Assembly: GCA_965369605.1 (NCBI GenBank)
Contig: CBDURE010000003.1
Coordinates: 1 to 57,549 of the forward strand
DNA from: an uncultured bacterium
Lineage (GTDB): Bacteria > JAJVIF01 > JAGGVT01
Length of the DNA: 57,549 nt
Reading direction: 5' to 3'
How positions within the stretch are numbered: position 1 is the stretch's first letter; each line of letters begins with the position of its first letter. A program made the position numbers and the translations under genes. Shown in pieces: positions 8,884 to 18,351 of the stretch. The notes under the pieces were generated by a model. It did not search any database and had not been told where the DNA came from. It saw only the letters and a program-made list of their open reading frames with translations.

Positions 8884-11523
8884 ATGGTCCGCATTAGGTA
8901 TTCTGTATTAGTAATTGTACTAACCATTGTTGCATTCCTGATTGGCTGTTCAGGTGGTGGTGGCTCCAACCCAGTAACACCGGACAAAGCATCAGGTGCA
9001 ATGGATAATGTACCGATTATTGGCGTTACTGATGCTAAAAGTTCGTTTAACGCGATTGGTCTGTTCGGCGCTTATGAGCTGACAATCAATTCCGATTTGA
9101 CAACTGAGTTTGTATCAAAACGCGTTGGAGCTATCGGGGAGGATTATATCGTAAGCGGCCTGGCATTTTTCACGATTGCGCCCTGCCCAACATGTTTAAA
9201 GATGACTGGTGTGGAAATAACCCTGGATGGCAATGTGTTGTTAACATTTGAAATCAGCCATCCTTTCAAGAAGGGTATCACCGGTGATCCGCCATCCGCG
9301 TCGAATCGCCTTGATCTTGATGTATTTGATCTGGCTATGGTAATTGCACCAACCGGAGGCTTAGCTGTTCCCTACCCATTGACAGGAGAGACTGTGTATC
9401 CTGACAATTGTGTTGGCGCAGATGGCTACACCACCGAGCTTGCTGAAGTTATCGATGACGATGCTGCATTGCCATTTTTCCTTGTAATTGATGACAGTGA
9501 TACTGGCACATCAACTTGGAATAAGTTCGCGATGGGTGTAGAGAACTTGTCGTTCGATGCTGGATTCAATCTTTCGGGAGCCGTAATGACGTTCGATATG
9601 TATCTCACAATGGGATATGGTTTCGGCGCCAGGAAACCGGACAGGCTTGCACCGAAGTACTACAATCCAGAGTTTAACCGTAAAGCCGCGTGGAAAATCG
9701 CTGTAACACCGCCTGAGGGTGGCGATCCACCAGTTATGGGTAATACATGGGATGACAGTGACGGTGTAGCAACTCATGATGTTGTTGTTGAAGTTTATGA
9801 CTGGCAGATTGGCGCGACTGTTTCAGCTGAAGCAGATTTCGCTGATGCAGACCCATCTGAAATTTATGCCGCGAGTGAGCCATCAGGTGTTTCAATTGAG
9901 ATTCCGGGAATGAATACCGCTCTCAATACATTGGCAGTTCCTGATGTTCCTTCTGCTACCGGTATGGCTGATGATCCCTGGGTATTCACATTGGCAATAG
10001 CTAATCAAAATTTGCTTGCGCCTGGTGAGTACGCTGGCCTTGTCAAGGTTACAGATGAACGTGCAGTCATGACGCCGGCAGATGGACGAGATTTCATTAT
10101 CGATACTGATGATGGAATCGAGCTCGTTCACTATTCAATGCCCGAGTATGCCACATATCAGATCTTTACCGCGACTGTGGTTCTTGGCTGCGGACCAATT
10201 ACCGGTGATATCACAGCTCCGCCAGTATGTCCCCATGTCGGAGTGATTAATGGCGCAAGTGTAAGTTTCACCGCGCTGGCCGCAAGTGGTAACGGCGGAG
10301 ATCCTATCGTGCTTTATGAATGGGATATGGATTATGATGGAACCACATTCGATGTGGATGGCACTGGCGCTACATCAGCACTAGGACCATTCGTAAATGG
10401 GAACTGTGGAACGCCACCTGAAGATCCTGTCACATACACTGTTGCGGTTCGAGCGACAGACAGCTGTGATCCGGCAAATGTGACTGTGTTCGATACTTGT
10501 GACGTTGTCGTTGATGTATGTGATCCACCTCCGATTTACTCAATCGATTTCATTCCGATGGACGCAGGAGACGAATACTTTGACGTCGCTGTTGCACCTG
10601 ATGGAGTGGTCTATGTAGTTGCAGACCATCCATCCACAGGCAACACAGGTGGTCAAATGAACTTAGGTGGTACAAGAACCTGCCTTAAATTTGACAATGA
10701 GCCACTTGGCAACATGCAGGTTATTAACCCTGGTTATGGAATGGCAAACCCATATCCTGCCTGGACTACATTTACTGGTGAGTGGAAAATGGTTGACTGT
10801 TCTCCTGATGGCATGCATGTAGGCACAAACCTCGGTCAATGCGCACTTTGCTCCTGGGTTGTTACAGGAACAAACGCAACACAGCAGAATGCAACTTACA
10901 TTTGGTGTGGCTCTACTGGTGGGTTATCCACATCTCCTGATGTAACGAATCACTTAACAGCTTCATATGGAGGGCGAGTTGCAATGTATGGTGAAAGAAG
11001 CCCCAATTGCCCGTCATTCCCTGCACTATGTGATTTCGTAATATCATGGCCTGATAGCAGTCCGGGTTTGAATAGCACTTACGCTATCGCCACTGGTGTA
11101 ATGTATGACCTTATTGCCGGTGAACTTGCAGGGATTGAAGGCATGTCAGGAACTAACAATATGCTGGTTTTCCTGAGTGACGACGCTACATCACTTGGCG
11201 CTTTAAAAGTTGTCGGCACGACTGTTGGCTTTGGTACTATGGCAGAAATTGCAACATACAAAGCCTTTGGAACCGGCGATGACGAATTCACTGGCGGACT
11301 TGATGTTGCGATGGATTCAGCCGGACATGTAGTTACACTTGAAGACCATGGCAGTGGTATGTACAGGTTCCAGAAATTCGACACCTACGCTGCAAGTTTC
11401 GTACACATATACACCAGCGATTGGATTGACGATGGTGATCCGTTAAGAATAGATTTCGACACTGCTGATGATGAGCTTTATGTAGTAACATCAACAGGTA
11501 TTCATGCCTGCCACGTGGACTAG
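8884..11523 (+). CDS. Large Cys-rich lipoprotein, paralog of 6025..8610
   Basis: Near-identical first ~435 aa, similar PKD-like domain, divergent C-terminal propeller-like region. Confidence 0.85.
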   Translation: MVRIRYSVLVIVLTIVAFLIGCSGGGGSNPVTPDKASGAMDNVPIIGVTDAKSSFNAIGLFGAYELTINSDLTTEFVSKRVGAIGEDYIVSGLAFFTIAPCPTCLKMTGVEITLDGNVLLTFEISHPFKKGITGDPPSASNRLDLDVFDLAMVIAPTGGLAVPYPLTGETVYPDNCVGADGYTTELAEVIDDDAALPFFLVIDDSDTGTSTWNKFAMGVENLSFDAGFNLSGAVMTFDMYLTMGYGFGARKPDRLAPKYYNPEFNRKAAWKIAVTPPEGGDPPVMGNTWDDSDGVATHDVVVEVYDWQIGATVSAEADFADADPSEIYAASEPSGVSIEIPGMNTALNTLAVPDVPSATGMADDPWVFTLAIANQNLLAPGEYAGLVKVTDERAVMTPADGRDFIIDTDDGIELVHYSMPEYATYQIFTATVVLGCGPITGDITAPPVCPHVGVINGASVSFTALAASGNGGDPIVLYEWDMDYDGTTFDVDGTGATSALGPFVNGNCGTPPEDPVTYTVAVRATDSCDPANVTVFDTCDVVVDVCDPPPIYSIDFIPMDAGDEYFDVAVAPDGVVYVVADHPSTGNTGGQMNLGGTRTCLKFDNEPLGNMQVINPGYGMANPYPAWTTFTGEWKMVDCSPDGMHVGTNLGQCALCSWVVTGTNATQQNATYIWCGSTGGLSTSPDVTNHLTASYGGRVAMYGERSPNCPSFPALCDFVISWPDSSPGLNSTYAIATGVMYDLIAGELAGIEGMSGTNNMLVFLSDDATSLGALKVVGTTVGFGTMAEIATYKAFGTGDDEFTGGLDVAMDSAGHVVTLEDHGSGMYRFQKFDTYAASFVHIYTSDWIDDGDPLRIDFDTADDELYVVTSTGIHACHVD

Positions 11524-11586
11524 GCATAAATAACAGTACAGAAAACAGTGTAATTAATCTATACTGTTCAATCAGATGAACAAGAG

Positions 11587-11618
11587 TATCCCCCGCTAAC
11601 GCGGGGGATATTTATTTC
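11587..11618 (+). terminator. Rho-independent terminator
   Basis: TATCCCCCGC-TAAC-GCGGGGGATA followed by TTTATTT. Confidence 0.75.
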
Positions 11619-11723
11619 CATTTTCAGGATATACATTGATAAATTGAAGAATTTTATGTTCATAATTGGGTTAAAATCATTTATAATCAATATTTTGGTT
11701 AAAAGCTAACTGGTGGGACCAAC

Positions 11724-11739
11724 GAATGAAATTTCATTC
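11724..11739. promoter_or_regulatory. Perfect 16-bp palindrome, candidate TetR/FadR-type operator upstream of plsX
   Basis: GAATGAAATTTCATTC, downstream of a TTCATA-17-TATAAT promoter (11659-11687). Confidence 0.5.
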
Positions 11740-11767
11740 TTTGATAATCACCACCGGTTGATTTTTG

Positions 11768-12832
11768 ATGGATAAAATGGAAGACGGCATAAATAACGGG
11801 ATTCACTGGATTGCTCTTGATGCGATGGGTGGCGATGATGCGCCGTCCGCGATTGTTCAGGGAGCTGTTATTGCCGCATCGAAAGGAGTGCATGTAATAC
11901 TTGTCGGAGATGAAAAGGTTATCCGAAAGGAACTTGGCGATTCAGGCGGAGACTGCCTGAAAATCTTTCATGCCTCAGAGCAGATAGAAATGGGCGATTC
12001 TCCTGTTCGCGCGATGAAAAAGAAACCGGACAATTCTCTCGCTCGTGCTTTTGAACTCGCTCGTGATAAAAAAGCGTCAGCAGTGTTAAGCGCTGGCAAT
12101 TCAGGAGCTATGCTCGTTGCGGCTAAATGGGTGCTTGGCGACACGCCGGGGATTTTTCGTCCCGCAATTGCAATTCCAATGCCCACGCCAAAAGGTGAAT
12201 CTGTGTTATTGGATGCCGGTGTATCTACCGACTGTTCACCTGAAAATCTTTATCAGTTTGCTGTCATGGGGCATTTTTACGCAAAGAAAGTTTTGAAAAG
12301 AGAGAAGCCGTCGATTGCGCTTTTAAACATAGGTGAAGAGAAATCAAAGGGAAACGTGATTGTTCAGAGAGCACACGAATTTCTCAGTGCGAGTAAATTA
12401 AATTTCATTGGTAACATTGAAGGAAATGAAATCTTTGACGGCAAAGCGGATGTCATAGTGTGTGATGGTTTTGTTGGAAACATCATGCTCAAGGCGATAG
12501 AGGGAACCGCGACGCTGTTTTTGGGGACTTTCAGGGAAATAATTACTCACAGCGGATGGAAAGAACGTCTTGGGGCAATGATGATTAGTGGTTCGGTGAA
12601 ATCGATAAGAAGGAAAATGGATTGGCGGGAATACGGCGGCGCTCTGATAATGGGTGTAAAGGGGAATGTGGTAATTACTCATGGGAAATCGCAGGCATCG
12701 ACCATAGCGAACGCCCTTGAATTTGCACAAAAATTGGCGAATGCGGACCTGGCTGGCAGCATTTCTGAAGAAATAGCAAACAACATGAAGGAGACCTTGG
12801 TTATGACCGGGTCTTCTGATGAAATGGAGTAA
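11768..12832 (+). CDS. plsX: Phosphate acyltransferase PlsX
   Basis: IALDAMGGD, SAGNSGA, RPAIA, LLNIGEEKSKG, CDGFVGN motifs. Start codon uncertain (11765/11768/11777). Confidence 0.96.
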   Translation: MDKMEDGINNGIHWIALDAMGGDDAPSAIVQGAVIAASKGVHVILVGDEKVIRKELGDSGGDCLKIFHASEQIEMGDSPVRAMKKKPDNSLARAFELARDKKASAVLSAGNSGAMLVAAKWVLGDTPGIFRPAIAIPMPTPKGESVLLDAGVSTDCSPENLYQFAVMGHFYAKKVLKREKPSIALLNIGEEKSKGNVIVQRAHEFLSASKLNFIGNIEGNEIFDGKADVIVCDGFVGNIMLKAIEGTATLFLGTFREIITHSGWKERLGAMMISGSVKSIRRKMDWREYGGALIMGVKGNVVITHGKSQASTIANALEFAQKLANADLAGSISEEIANNMKETLVMTGSSDEME

Positions 12833-12838
12833 ACGGAT

Positions 12839-13960
12839 ATGCTTAATCTTAACATTCAAAATGTTTCAATTACCGGTATAGGAATGTATGTTCCTGAAAA
12901 AACACTGGATAACGCTCATTTTGAATCATATCTCGACACATCGGATGAGTGGATTACCAAGCGCACAGGAGTAAAAACCAGGTGTATTGTTGAAAAGGGC
13001 ACTCCCAACAGTGTTCTCGCTTATCAAGCGTCTATAAAAGCCCTTGAAATGAGCGGAATTGCTCCTGAGGAACTTGACCTGATTATTGTTGCAACAATTA
13101 CACCCGACAGGATTTTTCCGTCAACGGCATGCACTCTTCAGGCAAAGCTGGGAGCGAAAGGTGCTGGAGCTTTGGATGTTCTTGCGGCTTGCAGTGGCTT
13201 TGTTTATGGCCTTTCACTTGCTCACGGACAGATGGCGCTTGGACATGTTAAAAAGGCGCTTGTTGTCGGAAGTGAAGTTATGAGTTCAATCCTTGATTAC
13301 AATGACCGGGGAGTCTGTGTCCTGTTTGGTGATGGCGCAGGAGCGGTTGTTCTTGAAAACGTGCCGGAAGACAAGGGAAGCCTGGTTGATTACATAATCA
13401 GGGCGGATGGACGCCAGGGAGAGATTCTCTATATGCCGGGTGGGGGAAGTTTGAATCCGACGACTTTGGAAACTGTCAACCAGAATATGCACACAGTGAA
13501 AATGGAAGGCAACAAGGTTTTCAAACTCGCGATAAAGCACATGGCGGAACTTGCACGGGAAATCACACAGCGAAACGGTTTGACTCTGGATGACATCGAC
13601 CTGATATGCATTCATCAAGCGAACATTCGAATTGTGAAAGGTGTAATGTCAGCTCTTCGCCTGGATATGGATACAAAGAGTTATAACAACATTGACCGGT
13701 ATGGAAATACCACAGCGGCAAGCATTCCATTATGCGTACATGATGCTTTCAAGGATAACCGGCTTCGTAAAGGCGACAAGCTGATGATACTTACTTTCGG
13801 CGCCGGATTGACATATTCAGCCGCGCTGGTGGAATGGGGTATGGACAATGAAATTCAGGATTCAGATGCTGTAACGCAAACAAAGAAAGCGATTGTAGAC
13901 CGGAAAATTACAGTTCCGGCTGGTACAAATGGAAGGAAAAACACAAGTATGGATATGTAG
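12839..13960 (+). CDS. fabH: 3-oxoacyl-ACP synthase III
   Basis: DTSDEWI, AACSGF, LFGDGAGA, HQANIRI, YGNTTAASIP; ~40-aa C-terminal extension. Confidence 0.96.
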   Translation: MLNLNIQNVSITGIGMYVPEKTLDNAHFESYLDTSDEWITKRTGVKTRCIVEKGTPNSVLAYQASIKALEMSGIAPEELDLIIVATITPDRIFPSTACTLQAKLGAKGAGALDVLAACSGFVYGLSLAHGQMALGHVKKALVVGSEVMSSILDYNDRGVCVLFGDGAGAVVLENVPEDKGSLVDYIIRADGRQGEILYMPGGGSLNPTTLETVNQNMHTVKMEGNKVFKLAIKHMAELAREITQRNGLTLDDIDLICIHQANIRIVKGVMSALRLDMDTKSYNNIDRYGNTTAASIPLCVHDAFKDNRLRKGDKLMILTFGAGLTYSAALVEWGMDNEIQDSDAVTQTKKAIVDRKITVPAGTNGRKNTSMDM

Positions 13961-13961
13961 T

Positions 13962-13989
13962 AAGCAGAGGGGTTAGCTTCTCTGCTTTT
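13962..13989 (+). terminator. Hairpin, possible internal terminator after fabH
   Basis: AAGCAGAGGG-GTTAG-CTTCTCTGCTTTT. Confidence 0.5.
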
Positions 13990-14059
13990 GCAAATAAATT
14001 TTGTCGTTTACTTAAAGACTAAAATTGCCCGGTTTGACTGCCGGAGAGCGTTGTAAAAT

Positions 14060-15025
14060 ATGAAAACTGCATTTGTATTCCCCGGGCAGGGGTCACAGAA
14101 AGTAGGGATGGGAAAGGAACTATATGATGAGTTTCCCGAATCCCGTGAGGTTTTCGAACAAGCGAACGAAGCTGTCGATATTGACCTCATAAGCCTTATT
14201 TTTGAAGGGCCTATTGAGGAGCTGGTAAAAACGGAATTTGCCCAGCCGGCAATTTTAACGGTTAGCATAGCCGCTTATGAAGCATTTAGAAAAAGATGCG
14301 ACCTTGAACCTATATATCTTGCCGGACATTCACTTGGCGAATTTTCCGCGCTTGTTGTTTCACAGGCGTTGGAGTTGAAAGATGCTGTCAGGCTGGTAAA
14401 CAAAAGAGGGCAGTTTATTCAGGAAGCTGTTCCAATTGGTGAAGGCGGTATGGCGGCCCTTCTTGGCGGGGATTTAATGCAGATTGGGAAACTTATAACA
14501 GACCTCGGACTGGATGGGTGCCTGGAAATCGCTAACTTCAATACGCCATCTCAGATTGTCATCTCCGGTGAAAAGGAACTTGTGAAACTGGCAATGGAAA
14601 AAGCGCCTGAATATGGAATCAAAAAAGCGATTCCTCTTAAGGTATCCGCTCCGTTTCACAGCCGAATGATGGACCCCGCAAGGGAGAAATTCTCGAAGGA
14701 ACTGGCTGTAACCGAGTTTCATCCAATGAGTTATCCTGTAATAACAAACGCGGATGGCGTACCAAATCAGGATTGTGGTGAACTACCGAATATCCTGTCA
14801 GAGCAAATTGCTAACGCCGTTTTGTGGGATCAGTCAGTGAGATTAATGCTGTCGGAGGGAATAGATACGTTTATCGAATTCGGACCGATTGTCCTTATGC
14901 CAATGATAAAACGCGGGTACAGCGATATGGCTGATTTTAAGCTGTTCAACGTAAGCAATCCGGGACAGTTGAAAGCCACTCTTGAATCGCTTAAGGAACT
15001 TGGAGTTGATGTAAAAGACAACTGA
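14060..15025 (+). CDS. fabD: Malonyl-CoA:ACP transacylase
   Basis: FPGQGSQ, GHSLGE, VSAPFHS motifs. Confidence 0.97.
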   Translation: MKTAFVFPGQGSQKVGMGKELYDEFPESREVFEQANEAVDIDLISLIFEGPIEELVKTEFAQPAILTVSIAAYEAFRKRCDLEPIYLAGHSLGEFSALVVSQALELKDAVRLVNKRGQFIQEAVPIGEGGMAALLGGDLMQIGKLITDLGLDGCLEIANFNTPSQIVISGEKELVKLAMEKAPEYGIKKAIPLKVSAPFHSRMMDPAREKFSKELAVTEFHPMSYPVITNADGVPNQDCGELPNILSEQIANAVLWDQSVRLMLSEGIDTFIEFGPIVLMPMIKRGYSDMADFKLFNVSNPGQLKATLESLKELGVDVKDN

Positions 15026-15777
15026 TGGATTTCAAACTGGAAAATAAAACAGCTCTGGTTACCGGCGCATCCGGCGGAATAGGAAGCGCGATTGCCGTTG
15101 TGCTGGCATCAGCCGGAGCGAAGATTTATATCCATTATAATAAGAACTCACAAAAAGCGGATGAGGTTGTAAGTGAGATAGAATCAAACGGCGGTATGGC
15201 GGTTGCTATTTCAGGCGATATAACGGATTCAAAAGCTCGCGAATCAGTTATCTCGCAAATCATTGATGAATCTGAAAATCTTCATATCCTTGTGAACAAC
15301 GCGGCGGTGAATCAGGAAGGGTTGTTTGTCCGCCAGAAAAATACTGACATGGATTTTGTATTCGGCACAAACCTGTTTGGGCTAATGAATCTGACCAGGC
15401 TTGCGGTGAAATACATGATGAAAATTCGATATGGAAGATTAATTCATATTTCATCACCAGCCGCGACTGCCGGTTCACCGGCGCAAACGCTTTATTCCGC
15501 CAGCAAAGCGGCTTTGCATGGATTATCAAAATCGCTGGCTTTGGAACTGGGGTCGAGGAATATAACATCGAATGTCGTTATCCCGGGAATCATAAACACA
15601 AAAATGCTTGATGACATCACAGATGAAAGGCGTGAGTTTTTCTTAAGCAGAATTCCGATGGGAAGATTTGGCGAACCTGAGGAAGTAGCTTATGCTGTAC
15701 GGTTTCTTGCCAGCGACGAAGCGCGATATATAAGCGGTTGCGAATTAACCGTGACCGGCGGCGGCGCTGTTTTTTAA
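15025..15777 (+). CDS. fabG: 3-oxoacyl-ACP reductase
   Basis: TGASGGIG, VNNAA, YSASK; translationally coupled to fabD. Confidence 0.93.
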   Translation: MDFKLENKTALVTGASGGIGSAIAVVLASAGAKIYIHYNKNSQKADEVVSEIESNGGMAVAISGDITDSKARESVISQIIDESENLHILVNNAAVNQEGLFVRQKNTDMDFVFGTNLFGLMNLTRLAVKYMMKIRYGRLIHISSPAATAGSPAQTLYSASKAALHGLSKSLALELGSRNITSNVVIPGIINTKMLDDITDERREFFLSRIPMGRFGEPEEVAYAVRFLASDEARYISGCELTVTGGGAVF

Positions 15778-15844
15778 TTTGATATTTTTACTATTTATAT
15801 ATTTTAATCTTTATTCATAATTCTGAAATCCCTGGAGGTTTTTC

Positions 15845-17080
15845 GTGGAACGCAGGGTAGCAATAACAGGGTTGGGAGTTATCTCAACATTTGGAACTGG
15901 AAAGGATATTCTGTGGGAAAATGCGCGGGATGGTGTTTCCGGTATCAGACGAACTCAGGCTTTTGATGTTGAAAATTACTCGGTACAGATTGCCAGTGAG
16001 TGTATTCATTTCAAGCCGGAAGAGTTCATGGACGCAAAGGAAATTAAACGCACTGACCGATTTGTCCATTTCGCGGTTGCCGCGTCGAAATTGTGCGTGG
16101 ATGATTCAGGAATCGATTTGGAAAAATGCGACAGGGATAGATTTGGCGTCATACTTGGCAGCGGAATAGGCGGTTTGGGAGTCCTTTGCAGGGATGCTGT
16201 CAAACTTGAAAAGGCTGGGCCGAAACGAGTTTCGCCTTTTTATATTCCGGCGTCAATTCCAAACATGTCGAGTGGAATAGTAGCGATTCATCACGGGCTA
16301 AAAGGGCCTAATTTTGTAGTCGTTACAGCATGCGCATCATCAACACACGCATTGGGTGAATCATTCAACCATATCAGGCTTGGAAACGCGGATGCAATAT
16401 TGACAGGCGGTTCAGAAGCCGCTGTGGTTCCGTCCGGTTATGCCGGATTCGCCAACATGGGCGCGCTGTCCAAACGTAATGACGTTCCGGAAAAAGCCAG
16501 CAGGCCTTTCGACAAAGAACGTGATGGTTTTATTGTTGGAGAAGGCGGCGTTACCATTATGTTAGAGGAGTGGGAACACGCTAAAAAACGTGATGCGAAA
16601 ATTTATGGTGAGGTAATCGGCTATGGTTTAAGCGGGGACGCTTTCCATATTACAGCTCCGGCGCCAGGCGGCGAAGGCGCTGCAAGGTGCATTAAAATGG
16701 CTTTGAAAGATGCCGGCATCACTGTAGACGATATTGATTACATAAACGCGCACGGAACAAGCACTCCACTAAACGATAAAGCAGAGACTGAAGCGCTTAA
16801 AAATGTATTTGGCGACAGGGCATATAAGATTCCTATAAGTTCAACGAAATCAGTAGTCGGACATCTTCTGGGCGCAGGCGGAGCGATTGAACTCGCAGCC
16901 AGCCTTGTGGGAATGCAGCACGGAATGATTCATCAAACAGCAAACTATGAAATCCCGGATCCTGATTGTGACCTTGATTATGTCGGCGGGGAATCGCGTG
17001 AACACAAGATTAAGTATATGCTGAAAGACTCTTTTGGGTTTGGCGGACAGAACGCGGCTTTGATTATTAAGGCACAGTAA
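15845..17080 (+). CDS. fabF: 3-oxoacyl-ACP synthase II
   Basis: TACASS, NAHGTST, GHLLGAGG, SFGFGGQN; GTG start with GGAGG RBS. Confidence 0.96.
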   Translation: MERRVAITGLGVISTFGTGKDILWENARDGVSGIRRTQAFDVENYSVQIASECIHFKPEEFMDAKEIKRTDRFVHFAVAASKLCVDDSGIDLEKCDRDRFGVILGSGIGGLGVLCRDAVKLEKAGPKRVSPFYIPASIPNMSSGIVAIHHGLKGPNFVVVTACASSTHALGESFNHIRLGNADAILTGGSEAAVVPSGYAGFANMGALSKRNDVPEKASRPFDKERDGFIVGEGGVTIMLEEWEHAKKRDAKIYGEVIGYGLSGDAFHITAPAPGGEGAARCIKMALKDAGITVDDIDYINAHGTSTPLNDKAETEALKNVFGDRAYKIPISSTKSVVGHLLGAGGAIELAASLVGMQHGMIHQTANYEIPDPDCDLDYVGGESREHKIKYMLKDSFGFGGQNAALIIKAQ

Positions 17081-17177
17081 GGAATTTATTTCAAACCACA
17101 TTTGATTAAAAAGTGGTTGCTGAATTTTATATTTAAAACAAAAACAAACGGAGTGCCAAACTCCTGGAGGTTTTAAA

Positions 17178-18350
17178 ATGGATTTTAGTCTTGATGAAGA
17201 AACTCGCATGATAAAAGAATCTATTCACAAGTGGGCGCAGGAAAAGGCGCTTCCGCTTGCGAAGCAGATTGATGATACACGCGAGATCCCACAGGAACTA
17301 ATAAAGGAATTGGGAGAACTTGGATATCTCGCTCCATATGTTCCCGCTGAATATGGCGGTGCCGGATTAACCTACACACAAACCGCGATAATCGCTGAGG
17401 AACTGGCGAGAGGAGAAGCCGGTCTCGCGACTTTCATGGGAGCTCATAATTCACTTTGCTGCTACTCCGTAATAAATTTTGGCACGGATGAGCAGAAGAA
17501 AAAATATCTTCCCAAACTTGCTACCGGTGAATACATCGGCTCATTCGCACTGACTGAACCTGAAGCGGGAAGCGATTCATCGAATATCAAGACAACCGCA
17601 ATTCTCTCCGAGGATAAATCACACTTTCTTGTAAATGGACATAAACAGTGGATTACCAATGGTGATGTCGCAAGCGTAATTATTCTCTTTGCAATGACTG
17701 ATCCATCAAGAGGGCTTATGGGAATTTCTCCCATTATTATCGAAAAAGGCATGGAGGGATACACAACAGGCCATGTCGAGGATACGATGGGAATTCGAGG
17801 TTCGCATCAGACGGAAATCTTCTTCGAGAATGTAAAGGTACCCTATGAAAATTTACTTGGCGGCGATAAATATATGGGAAAGGGATTCAAAGTCGCGATG
17901 AACGTACTGGACGGCGGACGTATCGGAATGGGCGCCGCGGCAGTGGGAATAGCATTACAGGCGCTGCATGAAGCGCTTGAATATGCCAAAACACGAAAGC
18001 AGTTTGGCAAGTTCATTACGGATTTCCAGGCTACACAATGGAAACTGGCGGATTTCGCAACACAGATTCAAGCCGCGAGATGGCTTGTAATGCACGCCGC
18101 GTGGCTTAAGGATAATGGTGAAAGATGCACTTGTGAAGCGGCTCAGGCGAAAATGTACGCGAGCGACATTGCTGTTCAAGTATGCCTTGAGGCTATTCAG
18201 ATTATGGGCGGATACGGTTATTCAAGGGAATATCCTGTTGAAAAACATCTGCGCGACGCCAAAATCAAGCAGATTTACGAGGGCACTAACGAGATTCAAC
18301 GGCTTGTTATCTCAAGAGATGTGATTAAAAAAGGACTATTTGAACTGTAA
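17178..18350 (+). CDS. Acyl-CoA dehydrogenase (butyryl-CoA dehydrogenase-like)
   Basis: ALTEPEAGSD, NGHKQWITNG, RKQFGK, QIMGGYGY, IYEGTNEIQR. Confidence 0.93.
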   Translation: MDFSLDEETRMIKESIHKWAQEKALPLAKQIDDTREIPQELIKELGELGYLAPYVPAEYGGAGLTYTQTAIIAEELARGEAGLATFMGAHNSLCCYSVINFGTDEQKKKYLPKLATGEYIGSFALTEPEAGSDSSNIKTTAILSEDKSHFLVNGHKQWITNGDVASVIILFAMTDPSRGLMGISPIIIEKGMEGYTTGHVEDTMGIRGSHQTEIFFENVKVPYENLLGGDKYMGKGFKVAMNVLDGGRIGMGAAAVGIALQALHEALEYAKTRKQFGKFITDFQATQWKLADFATQIQAARWLVMHAAWLKDNGERCTCEAAQAKMYASDIAVQVCLEAIQIMGGYGYSREYPVEKHLRDAKIKQIYEGTNEIQRLVISRDVIKKGLFEL

Positions 18351-18351
18351 G

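Noticed and set aside
6025-11523. Diversity-generating retroelement acting on the paralogs
   Set aside because: No reverse transcriptase and no TR/VR pair differing only at adenines.
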